Assembly: GCA_027339965.1 (NCBI GenBank)
Contig: DAHWNL010000020.1
Location: 1-38,420 of the forward strand
DNA: 38,420 nucleotides
DNA from: Granulicella sp.
GTDB lineage: Bacteria; Acidobacteriota; Terriglobia; Terriglobales; Acidobacteriaceae
Direction of reading: 5' to 3'
Position 1 is the stretch's first letter; each line of letters begins with the position of its first letter. The translations under genes and the position numbers were made by a program. The notes under the pieces are model-generated. The model saw nothing but the letters and a program-made list of their open reading frames with translations, was not told the origin of the DNA and did not search any database. Shown here in pieces: positions 19,089 through 28,056 of this stretch.

Positions 19089-20276
19089 ATGCTTCGTTTC
19101 TCTACAGCCGGCGAAAGCCACGGCGAATCGCTGGTCGCTCTGCTCAGCGGCCTTCCTGCGGGTGTCCCGATAGACCAGGAGTTTCTGGATCACGAGCTCT
19201 GGCGCCGCCAGCAGGGCTACGGACGTGGAGGTCGGATGCGCATCGAGCGCGACTCCGCCCATATTCTTTCCGGCGTGCGTCACGGTCACACCATCGGCTC
19301 TCCCATTGCCATGACGCTGGCCAACCGGGACTGGAAGAACTGGGAGGAGATACTGCCGGTTGAGCCCGGCGACCCGTCCAAGCACAAGGCGGTCGCCAGT
19401 CCACGCCCAGGCCACGCCGACCTGGCGGGAGCGCTCAAGTTCGACTTCCCCGATGCCCGATATATTCTGGAGCGCGCCTCGGCCAGGGAGTCGGCTGCGC
19501 GCGTAGCCTGCGGAGCCCTGGCTAAGATGCTCCTTCGGGCACTCGGCGTTGCGGTCGCCAGCCACGTTATCAGGGTTGGCTCGGCGGAGCTGTCTCGCTC
19601 CGCAACCTTTGCCGAGGTCGCTGCTCTGGCTCAGAGGGAAGAAGTTCTATTGGCCTGTGTCGATCCAGAGTCCGAGGCCCGCATGAAGGCTGAGGTAGAT
19701 CTCGCCCTTCGTTCCGGCGACACCATTGGGGGGATCTTCGAGGTGGTGGTTCATGGTCTTCCTCCCGGGATTGGTACTCACGTCAACTGGGACGAGCGCC
19801 TGGATGGGCTGCTGGCCCAGGCGGTCATGAGCCTGCAGGCGGTCAAGGCCGTCGAATTGGGCCGCGGTGTGACAGCAGCGTGCTCTCCTGGCTCCCAGGT
19901 CCACGATGCGATCGGGTACGCTGCGGCGGGCGAGCATCCAGCCGATGCTTTTACCCGTTTCACCCGGGAACAGAACAACGCCGGAGGGCTGGAGGGTGGC
20001 ATCTCCAACGGGCAAGACTTGATGGTCCGCGGCTATCTCAAACCGATCTCGACCCTTCGCCGACCTCTTGGTTCAGTCTCCTTTGAAACCAGGGAGGCGA
20101 CCAAAGCGTCTTACGAACGCTCTGATGTCTGTGTTGTTCCGGCAGCCGGAGTCGCCGCAGAGGCCATGGTGGCGCTCACGGTAGCCCGCTGCGTGCTGGA
20201 GAAGTTTGGCGGCGATAGTTTGAAGGAGCTTCGCCGCAACTACGCAGGCTACTGTGATCAGATAAAATCCTATTAG
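19089..20276 (+). CDS. aroC: chorismate synthase
   Basis: TAGESHG, RRQQGYGRGGR, PRPGHAD, ERASARESA, NNAGGLEGGISNG, ERSD motifs. Confidence 0.98.
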   Translation: MLRFSTAGESHGESLVALLSGLPAGVPIDQEFLDHELWRRQQGYGRGGRMRIERDSAHILSGVRHGHTIGSPIAMTLANRDWKNWEEILPVEPGDPSKHKAVASPRPGHADLAGALKFDFPDARYILERASARESAARVACGALAKMLLRALGVAVASHVIRVGSAELSRSATFAEVAALAQREEVLLACVDPESEARMKAEVDLALRSGDTIGGIFEVVVHGLPPGIGTHVNWDERLDGLLAQAVMSLQAVKAVELGRGVTAACSPGSQVHDAIGYAAAGEHPADAFTRFTREQNNAGGLEGGISNGQDLMVRGYLKPISTLRRPLGSVSFETREATKASYERSDVCVVPAAGVAAEAMVALTVARCVLEKFGGDSLKELRRNYAGYCDQIKSY

Positions 20277-20310
20277 ATTCAACAGAATCCTCAGCCGGTA
20301 CACCGGAATC

Positions 20311-20928
20311 ATGTCAGAGCTGCCCATGGCGACCAAGCCCGAAGTTCAACCGGATACCCAGGATTCCCGGCGCACCTCCCGGGCCGCGATCCGGGACTCC
20401 ATCATTCGCTCGGCCCCCAAGCTTCATCCGGTAATCAAGTACCCGCACCCCACGCTGCTCAAGTCGGGCGAACCCGTTACGGATTTCACCCCGGAGCTCG
20501 CTCAGTTCGTCGATGAGATGTTCGATAGCATGTATGCCGCCGAAGGTATCGGCCTTGCTGCTCCTCAGATAGACGTCTCCCGGCAGATCACGGTCATCGA
20601 CATCAGCTATCACGAGCGGCCTGAGGACAAATTGGTTCTCATCAATCCCGTCGTGATCGATCGTCGCGGCAAGCAGTTCGAGGAGGAGGGCTGCCTCTCT
20701 CTGCCGGAAATTCGTGAAAAGGTACACCGCGACGCTTGGGTGAAGGTTCGGGCACAGAACGTCCAAGGAGAGTTTTTTGAAGTGGAGGGTACGGATCTGC
20801 TGGCGCGCGCCATGCTGCATGAGATTGACCATCTCCATGGCATTCTCTTCATCGACCGCTTGAGCCGTCTCAAGCGCGATCTGGTCCTCCGCCGCATCCG
20901 GAAGATGCAAAGGAATGGAGAGTGGTAG
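20311..20928 (+). CDS. def: peptide deformylase
   Basis: GIGLAAPQ, EGCLS and HEIDH motifs; start could be 20326. Confidence 0.97.
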   Translation: MSELPMATKPEVQPDTQDSRRTSRAAIRDSIIRSAPKLHPVIKYPHPTLLKSGEPVTDFTPELAQFVDEMFDSMYAAEGIGLAAPQIDVSRQITVIDISYHERPEDKLVLINPVVIDRRGKQFEEEGCLSLPEIREKVHRDAWVKVRAQNVQGEFFEVEGTDLLARAMLHEIDHLHGILFIDRLSRLKRDLVLRRIRKMQRNGEW

Positions 20929-21345
20929 TTGAATTCATGGCCAATAGTCTATATGGGCTATTGGATACAAACATCTATAAATCATAACTTTATAGAATTT
21001 TTTCTTCCAGCGTTTTATGGTTTTCCTGATGTTTTCCGCAGGGTGCTGTCCAGCCCGGCCGTGGGAGCGCGGGTCTCTTCAAGGGGGCTGGAGAGATCGC
21101 ATCCGGCGCGGCGTTACCGGGAAGGTTTCCTGTCGGAGGACAGGGTTGGAAGGGCTCTCCCTTTAAGTGAACTTCATCCCGCTCCTGCTTCTGCCTCCAG
21201 TGGAAGAGAACCTCCCCAGCCGCCGGAACCTCCTGACAGGAGTGGCTGCAGAATGATGGCCCGGGATCACATCCGTACTCCGGCAAACTTTTCATTTGCA
21301 AATATAGCAAAATGAAATGGATTGAAGAAAAATATTAGGAAGTAC

Positions 21346-22284
21346 ATGATGAGAATCGTCTTTTGTGGAACTCCAGAGTTTGCCGTGCCTAGTCTGCAAG
21401 CGCTGGTGGATGCCGGCCATCAGGTTCCTCTGGTTCTGACGCAGCCGGACCGGCCCGCAGGAAGGAAGCAGCAGCTTCAGCTCCCGCCCGTCAAGCGGCT
21501 TGCCGATCGGCTTGGCATCTCCGTTCTGCAGCCGGAAAGGCTCAAGAATAACCCTGAGCTTCAGTCGGCTCTGGAGCAAATCAGCCCGGACGCAATCGTG
21601 GTGGTCGCCTACGGACGGATCATTCCTCCGTGGATGCTCGATCTGCCCCGTTTTGGCAATATCAACGTCCATGGGTCGCTGTTGCCAAAATACCGGGGAG
21701 CGGCCCCCATTCAGTGGGCCGTGGCTAATGGAGATACGGAGACCGGAGTCACCACCATGCTGTTGGATGCCGGGCTAGATACGGGAGACACGTTACTCGC
21801 CCGCAGGGTTCCGATAGGCCCCAGGACAACGGCAAATGAGCTATATGCAAAACTTGCGGAAGATGGTTCAAAACTCCTAATTGAAACACTTTATGGGCTT
21901 GAACATAGGACGATACACGCTCAGCCGCAAGATCATGCAGCCGCTACGCTGGCTCCGCTCCTGAACCGGGAAGATGGGCGTCTGGATCTTTTCCACCGGA
22001 CGGCTCAGGAGACGTATAACCGCTGGAGGGGCTTCACTCCCTGGCCTGGCGCCCACGCGATCTTTCGCGGCAAGCGATTTCTTATCCACAGAATGTGCAC
22101 ATCAGATTCAACACAAGGTTTATCTCCGTATCAAATAGATATATTAGGAGATAAGTTGCTTGTTGGTGCTGCCAAAAACACTGCTTTGGTCTTCGAGGAG
22201 GTGCAGGTGGAAGGTAAGCCTCGGCTTTCGGGGACGCAGTTTGCCAAAAACTTCCAGGTTCGTCCAGGGGAGAGCTTGGCCTAA
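21346..22284 (+). CDS. fmt: methionyl-tRNA formyltransferase
   Basis: MRIVFCGTPEFA, TQPDRPAGR, NVHGSLLPKYRGAAPIQ, DAGLDTG. ATG 21346/21349 follows AGGA. Confidence 0.97.
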   Translation: MMRIVFCGTPEFAVPSLQALVDAGHQVPLVLTQPDRPAGRKQQLQLPPVKRLADRLGISVLQPERLKNNPELQSALEQISPDAIVVVAYGRIIPPWMLDLPRFGNINVHGSLLPKYRGAAPIQWAVANGDTETGVTTMLLDAGLDTGDTLLARRVPIGPRTTANELYAKLAEDGSKLLIETLYGLEHRTIHAQPQDHAAATLAPLLNREDGRLDLFHRTAQETYNRWRGFTPWPGAHAIFRGKRFLIHRMCTSDSTQGLSPYQIDILGDKLLVGAAKNTALVFEEVQVEGKPRLSGTQFAKNFQVRPGESLA

Positions 22285-22431
22285 GAATTTAGAGTGGGAA
22301 TGAAATCAATTTATCAATAGTTTATCTCTAAAAGATAATCTATCTGTATAAGTAAGATCTCGTGGATCGTAACACATCCATCGTGGGTGTCTTCTCCGAT
22401 GTTGGCGTTCAGTTTTTGAATTTTGGATCTT

Positions 22432-23904
22432 ATGACGATCAAGCCGAAGCAGCCAGGTCCTTCTCGCCTCCAAGGGAAACAGGAGCAAAAGAGCACGCAT
22501 CGACTCTCTTCATCTGCGCCGATTTCGCCTGCCCGGTTGGCTGCGTTTCATATCCTTCTGCAGGTGGCGACCACCTCGGCCCATGCGGATGACCTGTTGC
22601 ACGATCCGGCGGTCTCGGCTCTTTCGCCTCTGGATCGCAACCTGACCACCACGCTGACCATGGGAGTCCTGCGGTGGCAGATTGCTCTTGACGCTCGTAT
22701 CGCATCCCTGCTCCATCGTCCCGATGAAGTGCTTCCTGGGCCCGTCTCCATCGCTCTTCGTCTTGGGGCCTTTCAGCTTCTCCACCTTGATCGTATTCCC
22801 GCCCATGCCGCACTGTCCGAGTCGGTCGAACTGGTTCGCGCTGCGAATCACCCGGGAGCTGCCGCCATGGTCAACGCCATCCTGCGTAACCTGACGCGTC
22901 AGCCCCCCGGCAAGGCGAGGCTGTATGAGAGCGCGGCCGCTTTTGCCCAGCGGCTGGGCCATCCTCTTTGGCTTGTGAACCGATGGATACAAAATTATGG
23001 TAGGGCCGCCGCTCTGGCCGTCTGCGAGTCTGGCCAACGGGAGCCAGCCGAGGGGTTGCTCTTTCCAGTGGATGGAGCGGGGAAGACGTCGCTGAACGAG
23101 CGGCAGGAGGCTTCCGGCGAGGCTCAGCTCTTGTGCGGGCCTGACGGCCAGCCAGCCGGCGAAAGCCTGCTGCCAATCCCTCTGCCACAGATGGACGACG
23201 GCTCACGACTGGTTGCCGAGCTGTGTGCTGCCGCTGCCGGGCCACGGGTTGGTTTGGAACCTATGCGCATCTGGGACACATGCGCGGCTCCGGGTGGCAA
23301 GACACTGGTTCTGCTCCGCCGCCATCCTGAAGCCCGGATTCTGGCCAGCGAGGCCAACCCTCGACGCCTTCAATCGCTGACGGCTCGCCTCCGGGATGTT
23401 TTGCGGGCCAACAGCCGCGAGCGTCCCACCCCTCTGCGGGTGCGGACGCGACATGCCGATGCCTGTCAGTTGCCGGAGCGAGAGGGGCTTTTCGATCTCA
23501 TTCTCTGCGACGTCCCTTGCACTGGGACTGGGACGCTGGGCCGCAATCCAGAGATCCGTCACCGCCTTCAGCCGTCGGACCTGCCCCGCCAAGCTCTCCG
23601 TCAGGGCGAGATTCTTCGTGCGGCCCTCAGCCGTCTGGCTCCGGGCGGGAGCTTGCTCTACTCCACATGTTCCCTCGAACCGGAGGAGAATGAGCAAGTC
23701 GTGTCCGCCGTGTTGGCCGGCAACCCCGCCGTCACAAACCCCTCCTTGGAGCCCCACCTCCATAGGCTTTTTCGGGAAGGCATTCTCACTTCGCTGCCGC
23801 TGAACCTGATCCGCAACGGTTGCCTGCGCACGCTGCCCGGAGCGAATTTTCAAGGCGACGGCTTCTTCGCCGCCCTGCTCCGCCGGGATCCGACTCTGCC
23901 GTAG
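22432..23904 (+). CDS. rsmB: 16S rRNA m5C methyltransferase RsmB/Sun (NusB-like N-domain)
   Basis: LRLGAFQL..IPAHAALSESVEL, DTCAAPGGKT, DVPCTGTG, YSTCSLEPEENE, DGFF; follows def-fmt. Confidence 0.92.
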   Translation: MTIKPKQPGPSRLQGKQEQKSTHRLSSSAPISPARLAAFHILLQVATTSAHADDLLHDPAVSALSPLDRNLTTTLTMGVLRWQIALDARIASLLHRPDEVLPGPVSIALRLGAFQLLHLDRIPAHAALSESVELVRAANHPGAAAMVNAILRNLTRQPPGKARLYESAAAFAQRLGHPLWLVNRWIQNYGRAAALAVCESGQREPAEGLLFPVDGAGKTSLNERQEASGEAQLLCGPDGQPAGESLLPIPLPQMDDGSRLVAELCAAAAGPRVGLEPMRIWDTCAAPGGKTLVLLRRHPEARILASEANPRRLQSLTARLRDVLRANSRERPTPLRVRTRHADACQLPEREGLFDLILCDVPCTGTGTLGRNPEIRHRLQPSDLPRQALRQGEILRAALSRLAPGGSLLYSTCSLEPEENEQVVSAVLAGNPAVTNPSLEPHLHRLFREGILTSLPLNLIRNGCLRTLPGANFQGDGFFAALLRRDPTLP

Positions 23905-23921
23905 AGCAACAAAGCAGAGCC

Positions 23922-24383
23922 TCAGACCTTCCCGAAATCGTCCGGCATCTGGACGGCGACAACTTCTCCCCGCGCCGTAGCGGCTCCTTCGGCGTACACC
24001 GTGGACTCGACGATGACCTTTCGGCCCTTGATCTCTTTGACGCGGCCGCGAATGGTGAGCGTCGGGCCGAGCGGTGTGGGCTTCAGGTAGTCGACTCGCA
24101 GCGCACCCGTCACGAATCGAAAGGGCGGGTCACTGCCCGGTTCGCGGCCCACAGCGCGGTACGCTGCGGCTGCCGCCGTCCCGGTGGAATGGCAGTCCAC
24201 CAGCGAAGCGATAACGCCGCCATAGACAAATCCTGGAATGGCGATGTGCCAGGGTTGGGGAGTGAAGAGGGAGACGGTCTCATCGCCATCCCAGTCGGTG
24301 CGGATATGGTGGCCGTAGTCGTTAAGCCGGCCGCAACCATAACAGAAAGCGAGATTTTCAGGGTAAAAATCCTGGACAGCCAT
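23922..24383 (-). CDS. PaaI/hotdog-fold thioesterase
   Basis: CYGCG, VYGGVIASLVDCHSTG, VTGALRVDYLKPTP motifs; start ATG 24383 or GTG 24386. Confidence 0.88.
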   Translation of the reverse strand: MAVQDFYPENLAFCYGCGRLNDYGHHIRTDWDGDETVSLFTPQPWHIAIPGFVYGGVIASLVDCHSTGTAAAAAYRAVGREPGSDPPFRFVTGALRVDYLKPTPLGPTLTIRGRVKEIKGRKVIVESTVYAEGAATARGEVVAVQMPDDFGKV

Positions 24384-24620
24384 CACTCTGCCAGTCTACC
24401 CGGCCCGTCCCTTCGCCGGAGATGAACATCGCCAGGCCGGGGGGAATGCCGACCTCCATCCCAGAGTCAGCATGAGACAGCCTGTGTGCCCAGGCCCCGG
24501 TGCCGCAAGGCGGATGCAGTCAGCGGAAGTTTCAGGGTGTCGGGAAAGGATAAGAGATTCATCTACACGGAAAAAGGGAGCGAGTTCTGGTCTTCGGATA
24601 GGGGCGGCAGGGCTGTCGCG

Positions 24621-25430
24621 TCACTCGGGTGATGGAGAGGCAGCGTGGGCGGGCAGCGGCGATGACGCCGCCGATGGCTCAACCGTCAGCAGCAACACAT
24701 CGCCCGGGGAGGCTTTGAAGCCGGACTCCGGCCACTGCGCGGTGACAACACTGTCCGAAGACGCCTTGAACCTTGCCCGGGCCGGCACCGGCAGTTCCGG
24801 GTCAGCCGGTTGGGGTGTTGAGATCTCTGTTGTTCGGGTGACCACCTTCAGCCCCATTCCGGCTGCCCATTGGCTGGCCGCGATCTCCTTCATTCCGACG
24901 AAGGACGGCATAACGAACCCGTTCGCGGCCCTTGCTGTCGAGCTGAGCAGCAGATTCACCACGGGCTGGTCGACCCCGGCATTCGGCTGCGGGGTCTGCG
25001 CAAGGGTCATGTCCGGATCCCCTGGGGCTCCAAGATGCGCCAATGTTCCCAGCTCCAGACGGGTTCTTCGCAGGTTGCTCGATGCTTCCTGTACGGGCTG
25101 GCCCACAACATTCGGGACCGTAACCTGCTGCGGCCCCAGGCTTACCGTTACCCGAACCTGCCAACCATGGCGCACCGTGGTTCCGGCTGCCGGCGTCTGG
25201 GAGAGGACCCACCCCACTGGCTCGGTTGTGGAATAGAACCGGTCTTCAATGTGAAGCCCCACTCCGGCGCGAAGCGCTGCATGGCTGGCGTCTGCCATGC
25301 TCATGCCGGCAAAATCGGGAATCTTCACCTCGTGGCCATGCAGAGCGATTCGTAACGTGATTGCCGCGGAGAGCAACATCACGGCTACCATCTCCAAACC
25401 CAGAAGCATGACGCGAAAAAACCGTTTCAT
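24621..25430 (-). CDS. membrane-anchored PASTA-domain protein (3 PASTA repeats)
   Basis: N-terminal TM, then IPDFAGMS, VPNVVGQP and MPSFVGMK repeats with Q.P.AG motifs. Probable start 25430 (MKRFFR). Confidence 0.85.
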   Translation of the reverse strand: MKRFFRVMLLGLEMVAVMLLSAAITLRIALHGHEVKIPDFAGMSMADASHAALRAGVGLHIEDRFYSTTEPVGWVLSQTPAAGTTVRHGWQVRVTVSLGPQQVTVPNVVGQPVQEASSNLRRTRLELGTLAHLGAPGDPDMTLAQTPQPNAGVDQPVVNLLLSSTARAANGFVMPSFVGMKEIAASQWAAGMGLKVVTRTTEISTPQPADPELPVPARARFKASSDSVVTAQWPESGFKASPGDVLLLTVEPSAASSPLPAHAASPSPE

Positions 25431-25546
25431 CTCATGTACCGTATCGCGGGGCTTTGCAGCACAAGATCCGTCCTGAATGCGATGGCTTGCCACGGTTCGC
25501 CGGTCGGGTTCGCGCAGGCTGGAAGTGGGATCAGGATCGCAACGCT

Positions 25547-25593
25547 GGCTCTGGACGCTGGAACTCGGCTCTGGACGCAGGAACCGGACTCTA
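25547..25593 (+). repeat. short 19-20 bp tandem repeat
   Basis: GGCTCTGGACGCTGGAACTC, GGCTCTGGACGCAGGAACC, then GGACTCTA.. abutting the MITE. Confidence 0.7.
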
Positions 25594-25708
25594 AAGCGTT
25601 TTCAGTGCAGGTGTAACGCGACGCCTCGACCTCCATGGGCGTTTCCCCCAATGAAAACGCCACTGCACGCTCTCTCCGGTGTACCCAGCAACGCTGAAAA
25701 TGCTATAG
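25591..25708 (+). mobile_element. 118-bp MITE-like repeat, copy B
   Basis: CTA|AAGCGTTTTCAGTG...CGCTGAAAATGCTA|TAG: terminal IRs, TA on both flanks, internal hairpin GGCGTTTC..GAAAACGCC, no coding capacity. Confidence 0.88.
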
Positions 25709-25760
25709 GTGCTTTGAACCCCGTCAGAGGAGATTCAACCTCGATCTCCTGAGTCTGATT

Positions 25761-27224
25761 TTACCGGCGATTGTCGGTCGCCGGTTCGGGGTGAATCAAC
25801 ACTCGTGTCACCTGGGGATGGTGGAGACGAAAATCATCTTCAAAGTTCGTAATCACCCGATGGACGGCTTCCATGGAAAGATCGTCCGGCAGGGTACAGT
25901 GCAGATTGACCTGCACATTTTTCGCTGCCCCTCCGTATGCTCGCGTTACGGAGATCTCGTGCAGGTCAAGGATCTCAGGGAAGCGGCTCGCGGTGTTTCG
26001 TAACTGTTGTTCCAGGTTCTGGCTTGTCTCTACCTGAGCCGCCGCAGCGATGGTAGCCGGTTCACTCTCGATATGGGTTAACAAAGATGCAATCTCGGGA
26101 ACCTCACGCCTCATCTCCGCCTCCAGCTCCGTCACCAGCTCATGCGCATGATGCAGGGTCATGCTCTCCGGCACCTCCAGATGCTGTTCTACATGGAGCG
26201 CGCCATCATACTGCCGCACGCTCACATCGTGGATGGACAGGTTGGAGCGCGCCGCCACAGCCCGTACCTTGTCAAAGACGCTCTCTCCCAATGTTGCGGT
26301 CGGCACGGTGTGGATCACAACGTCGGCCGCCGGCAGCAGCCGCTGCACGGCCCGGGTGGCGGCATGGGTGATCTGCTCTGAACGCTGAAACGTCAACTGC
26401 CGAGGCAGACTCAAGGTGAGGTCGACAAAGTAATTTGGCCCCGATCGGCGCACCCGCACGCGGTTCACCGCCAATATCCCGTCCTGCGTCTCCAGATCTC
26501 GAATGAGATCCTTGCGAATCTGCAGCCGGACCTCCGGCGGGGTGGCGTCCAGAAGGGAATCGACGGTATGGCGGGCCAGCCGCCATGTGACACGGAGGAT
26601 AATGCCTGCTACCAGCAGCGCAGCGATGGGGTCTGCATACTCCAGCGCGGGCAGGTGCAACCTTTCTCCTGTATAGGCCGCCAGCAGGCCCACAAACACC
26701 GCGGCCGAGGACCAGATATCGGTGCGGAAGTGGACTGCATCCGCCAGCAGCGCGTCGCTTTTGTACTCTGACGCCACGCGGCGCAGAGCGCGCGACCGGC
26801 TGTAGTCCACGGTCATCGAGAGCAGCAACACCACAAAGGGCCACAGAGAGGGATGAAGGTCGAGGTTCGCGCCCTGCACCATCCTCTCTACCGAGGCTCC
26901 CGAGATCCACAGGCAGGAGCCGACCATTAAGATCGTTTCAAAGGCCGCCGACAGGCTCTCCAACTTTCCATGGCCATAGTTGTGTTCCTCATCGGCCGGC
27001 CGGTCCGCGGCCCTCACGGTCAGCAGCGTGACGCCGGACGCAATCAGATCGATCAACGAGTGCGCTGCTTCACTCAGCATTCCCAATGAACCGGTGAGGA
27101 GCCCGGTAAGCAGTTTGAGCAGGGTGATGCCGACGGCCGCCAGAACGGAGGCCTGCGCCGCAGACAGCTTGGCCGTGGAGGACTCCAGAGGGATCAAGCC
27201 GTGGTTGCCTGCTCTCCGCATCAT
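25761..27224 (-). CDS. cation diffusion facilitator (FieF-like) with extended C-terminus
   Basis: SEAAHSLID, HNYGHGKLE, DAVHFRTD TM motifs; three C-terminal ZT_dimer-like units ending VVIHTVP, LLTHIES and VLIHPEP. Confidence 0.9.
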   Translation of the reverse strand: MMRRAGNHGLIPLESSTAKLSAAQASVLAAVGITLLKLLTGLLTGSLGMLSEAAHSLIDLIASGVTLLTVRAADRPADEEHNYGHGKLESLSAAFETILMVGSCLWISGASVERMVQGANLDLHPSLWPFVVLLLSMTVDYSRSRALRRVASEYKSDALLADAVHFRTDIWSSAAVFVGLLAAYTGERLHLPALEYADPIAALLVAGIILRVTWRLARHTVDSLLDATPPEVRLQIRKDLIRDLETQDGILAVNRVRVRRSGPNYFVDLTLSLPRQLTFQRSEQITHAATRAVQRLLPAADVVIHTVPTATLGESVFDKVRAVAARSNLSIHDVSVRQYDGALHVEQHLEVPESMTLHHAHELVTELEAEMRREVPEIASLLTHIESEPATIAAAAQVETSQNLEQQLRNTASRFPEILDLHEISVTRAYGGAAKNVQVNLHCTLPDDLSMEAVHRVITNFEDDFRLHHPQVTRVLIHPEPATDNRR

Positions 27225-27285
27225 CGTCCCATCAGCCTACACGCATCGCGCCCAAACTGCAGCGGCCTCTTGCAGAAAGAATCTG

Positions 27286-28056
27286 TTACCCTTTCACTCC
27301 CCGATACAGGCCGGCTGCTCGCAGAAGGTACCCATCCCATGCGCACTGCTCAAACCCCGCATCGTGCATCATGCCCAACATCTGCTGCGGCCGGGGAAAG
27401 CGCATTACGGAATCCGGTAGATAACGGTAGGCGGCTGGCTGACCCGAGATCACTCCTCCCAGCATGGGCAGTAGATGTTGAAAGTAGATCCCATATCCCC
27501 ATCCACGCAGGCCGTCGGGCTGATTCGCCTCCAGAATGCCGATCTGTCCGCCGGGCGCCAGAACCCGGTGGATCTCCGCCAGCCCGTCAGCATAGTTAGC
27601 CAGATTCCGGAAGCCGAAGGCCGAGGTTACCAGATCAAAGCTGCCATCCGCATAGGGCAGGTGCATGGCGTCTCCGCGGGTCCAGACCACGTTCGCGCCA
27701 CGAAACTTCCTTCGCGCGCGATCCAGCATGGCGGTGGAAAAGTCCAACCCTGTGATGGGCTCCGCGCCATGCGGGCGAAGCCGGAGCAGAGCCGCAGTCA
27801 GATCTCCCGTTCCGCAGCACAGATCGAGTATGCGGGCTCCTGGCCGGGTCAGGATGCCTCGAAAGGCGTGCGCTGCGCGTCTCCACCAGCGCCGGTCCAG
27901 CCCCATGGAGAGCAGATGATTGAGCAGGTCGTAGCGGGGAGCGATCGAGTCAAAGAGGTCGCGTACGCTCTCGGCTGCGGCGGCTTCACTGGTCTCGCCC
28001 CGTGGCCGCGCCCCGGGGTTCACCGCGACGGACTTTTCTATCCCTGGCTGACTCAC
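27286..28056 (-). CDS. ubiE: ubiquinone/menaquinone biosynthesis methyltransferase (UbiE/MenG)
   Basis: [44 protein letters not shown]. Overlaps the aroB stop. Confidence 0.93.
   Translation of the reverse strand: MSQPGIEKSVAVNPGARPRGETSEAAAAESVRDLFDSIAPRYDLLNHLLSMGLDRRWWRRAAHAFRGILTRPGARILDLCCGTGDLTAALLRLRPHGAEPITGLDFSTAMLDRARRKFRGANVVWTRGDAMHLPYADGSFDLVTSAFGFRNLANYADGLAEIHRVLAPGGQIGILEANQPDGLRGWGYGIYFQHLLPMLGGVISGQPAAYRYLPDSVMRFPRPQQMLGMMHDAGFEQCAWDGYLLRAAGLYRGVKG

Noticed and set aside
20929..21315. 128-aa and 106-aa ORFs in the def-fmt spacer; first palindrome as a dif site
   Set aside because: The ORFs have no coding signature. The palindrome lacks the conserved XerD arm (TTATGTTAAA).
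25547..25593. Short repeats as a CRISPR array (also 37151-37186)
   Set aside because: No unique spacers, too few and too short units, and no cas genes.
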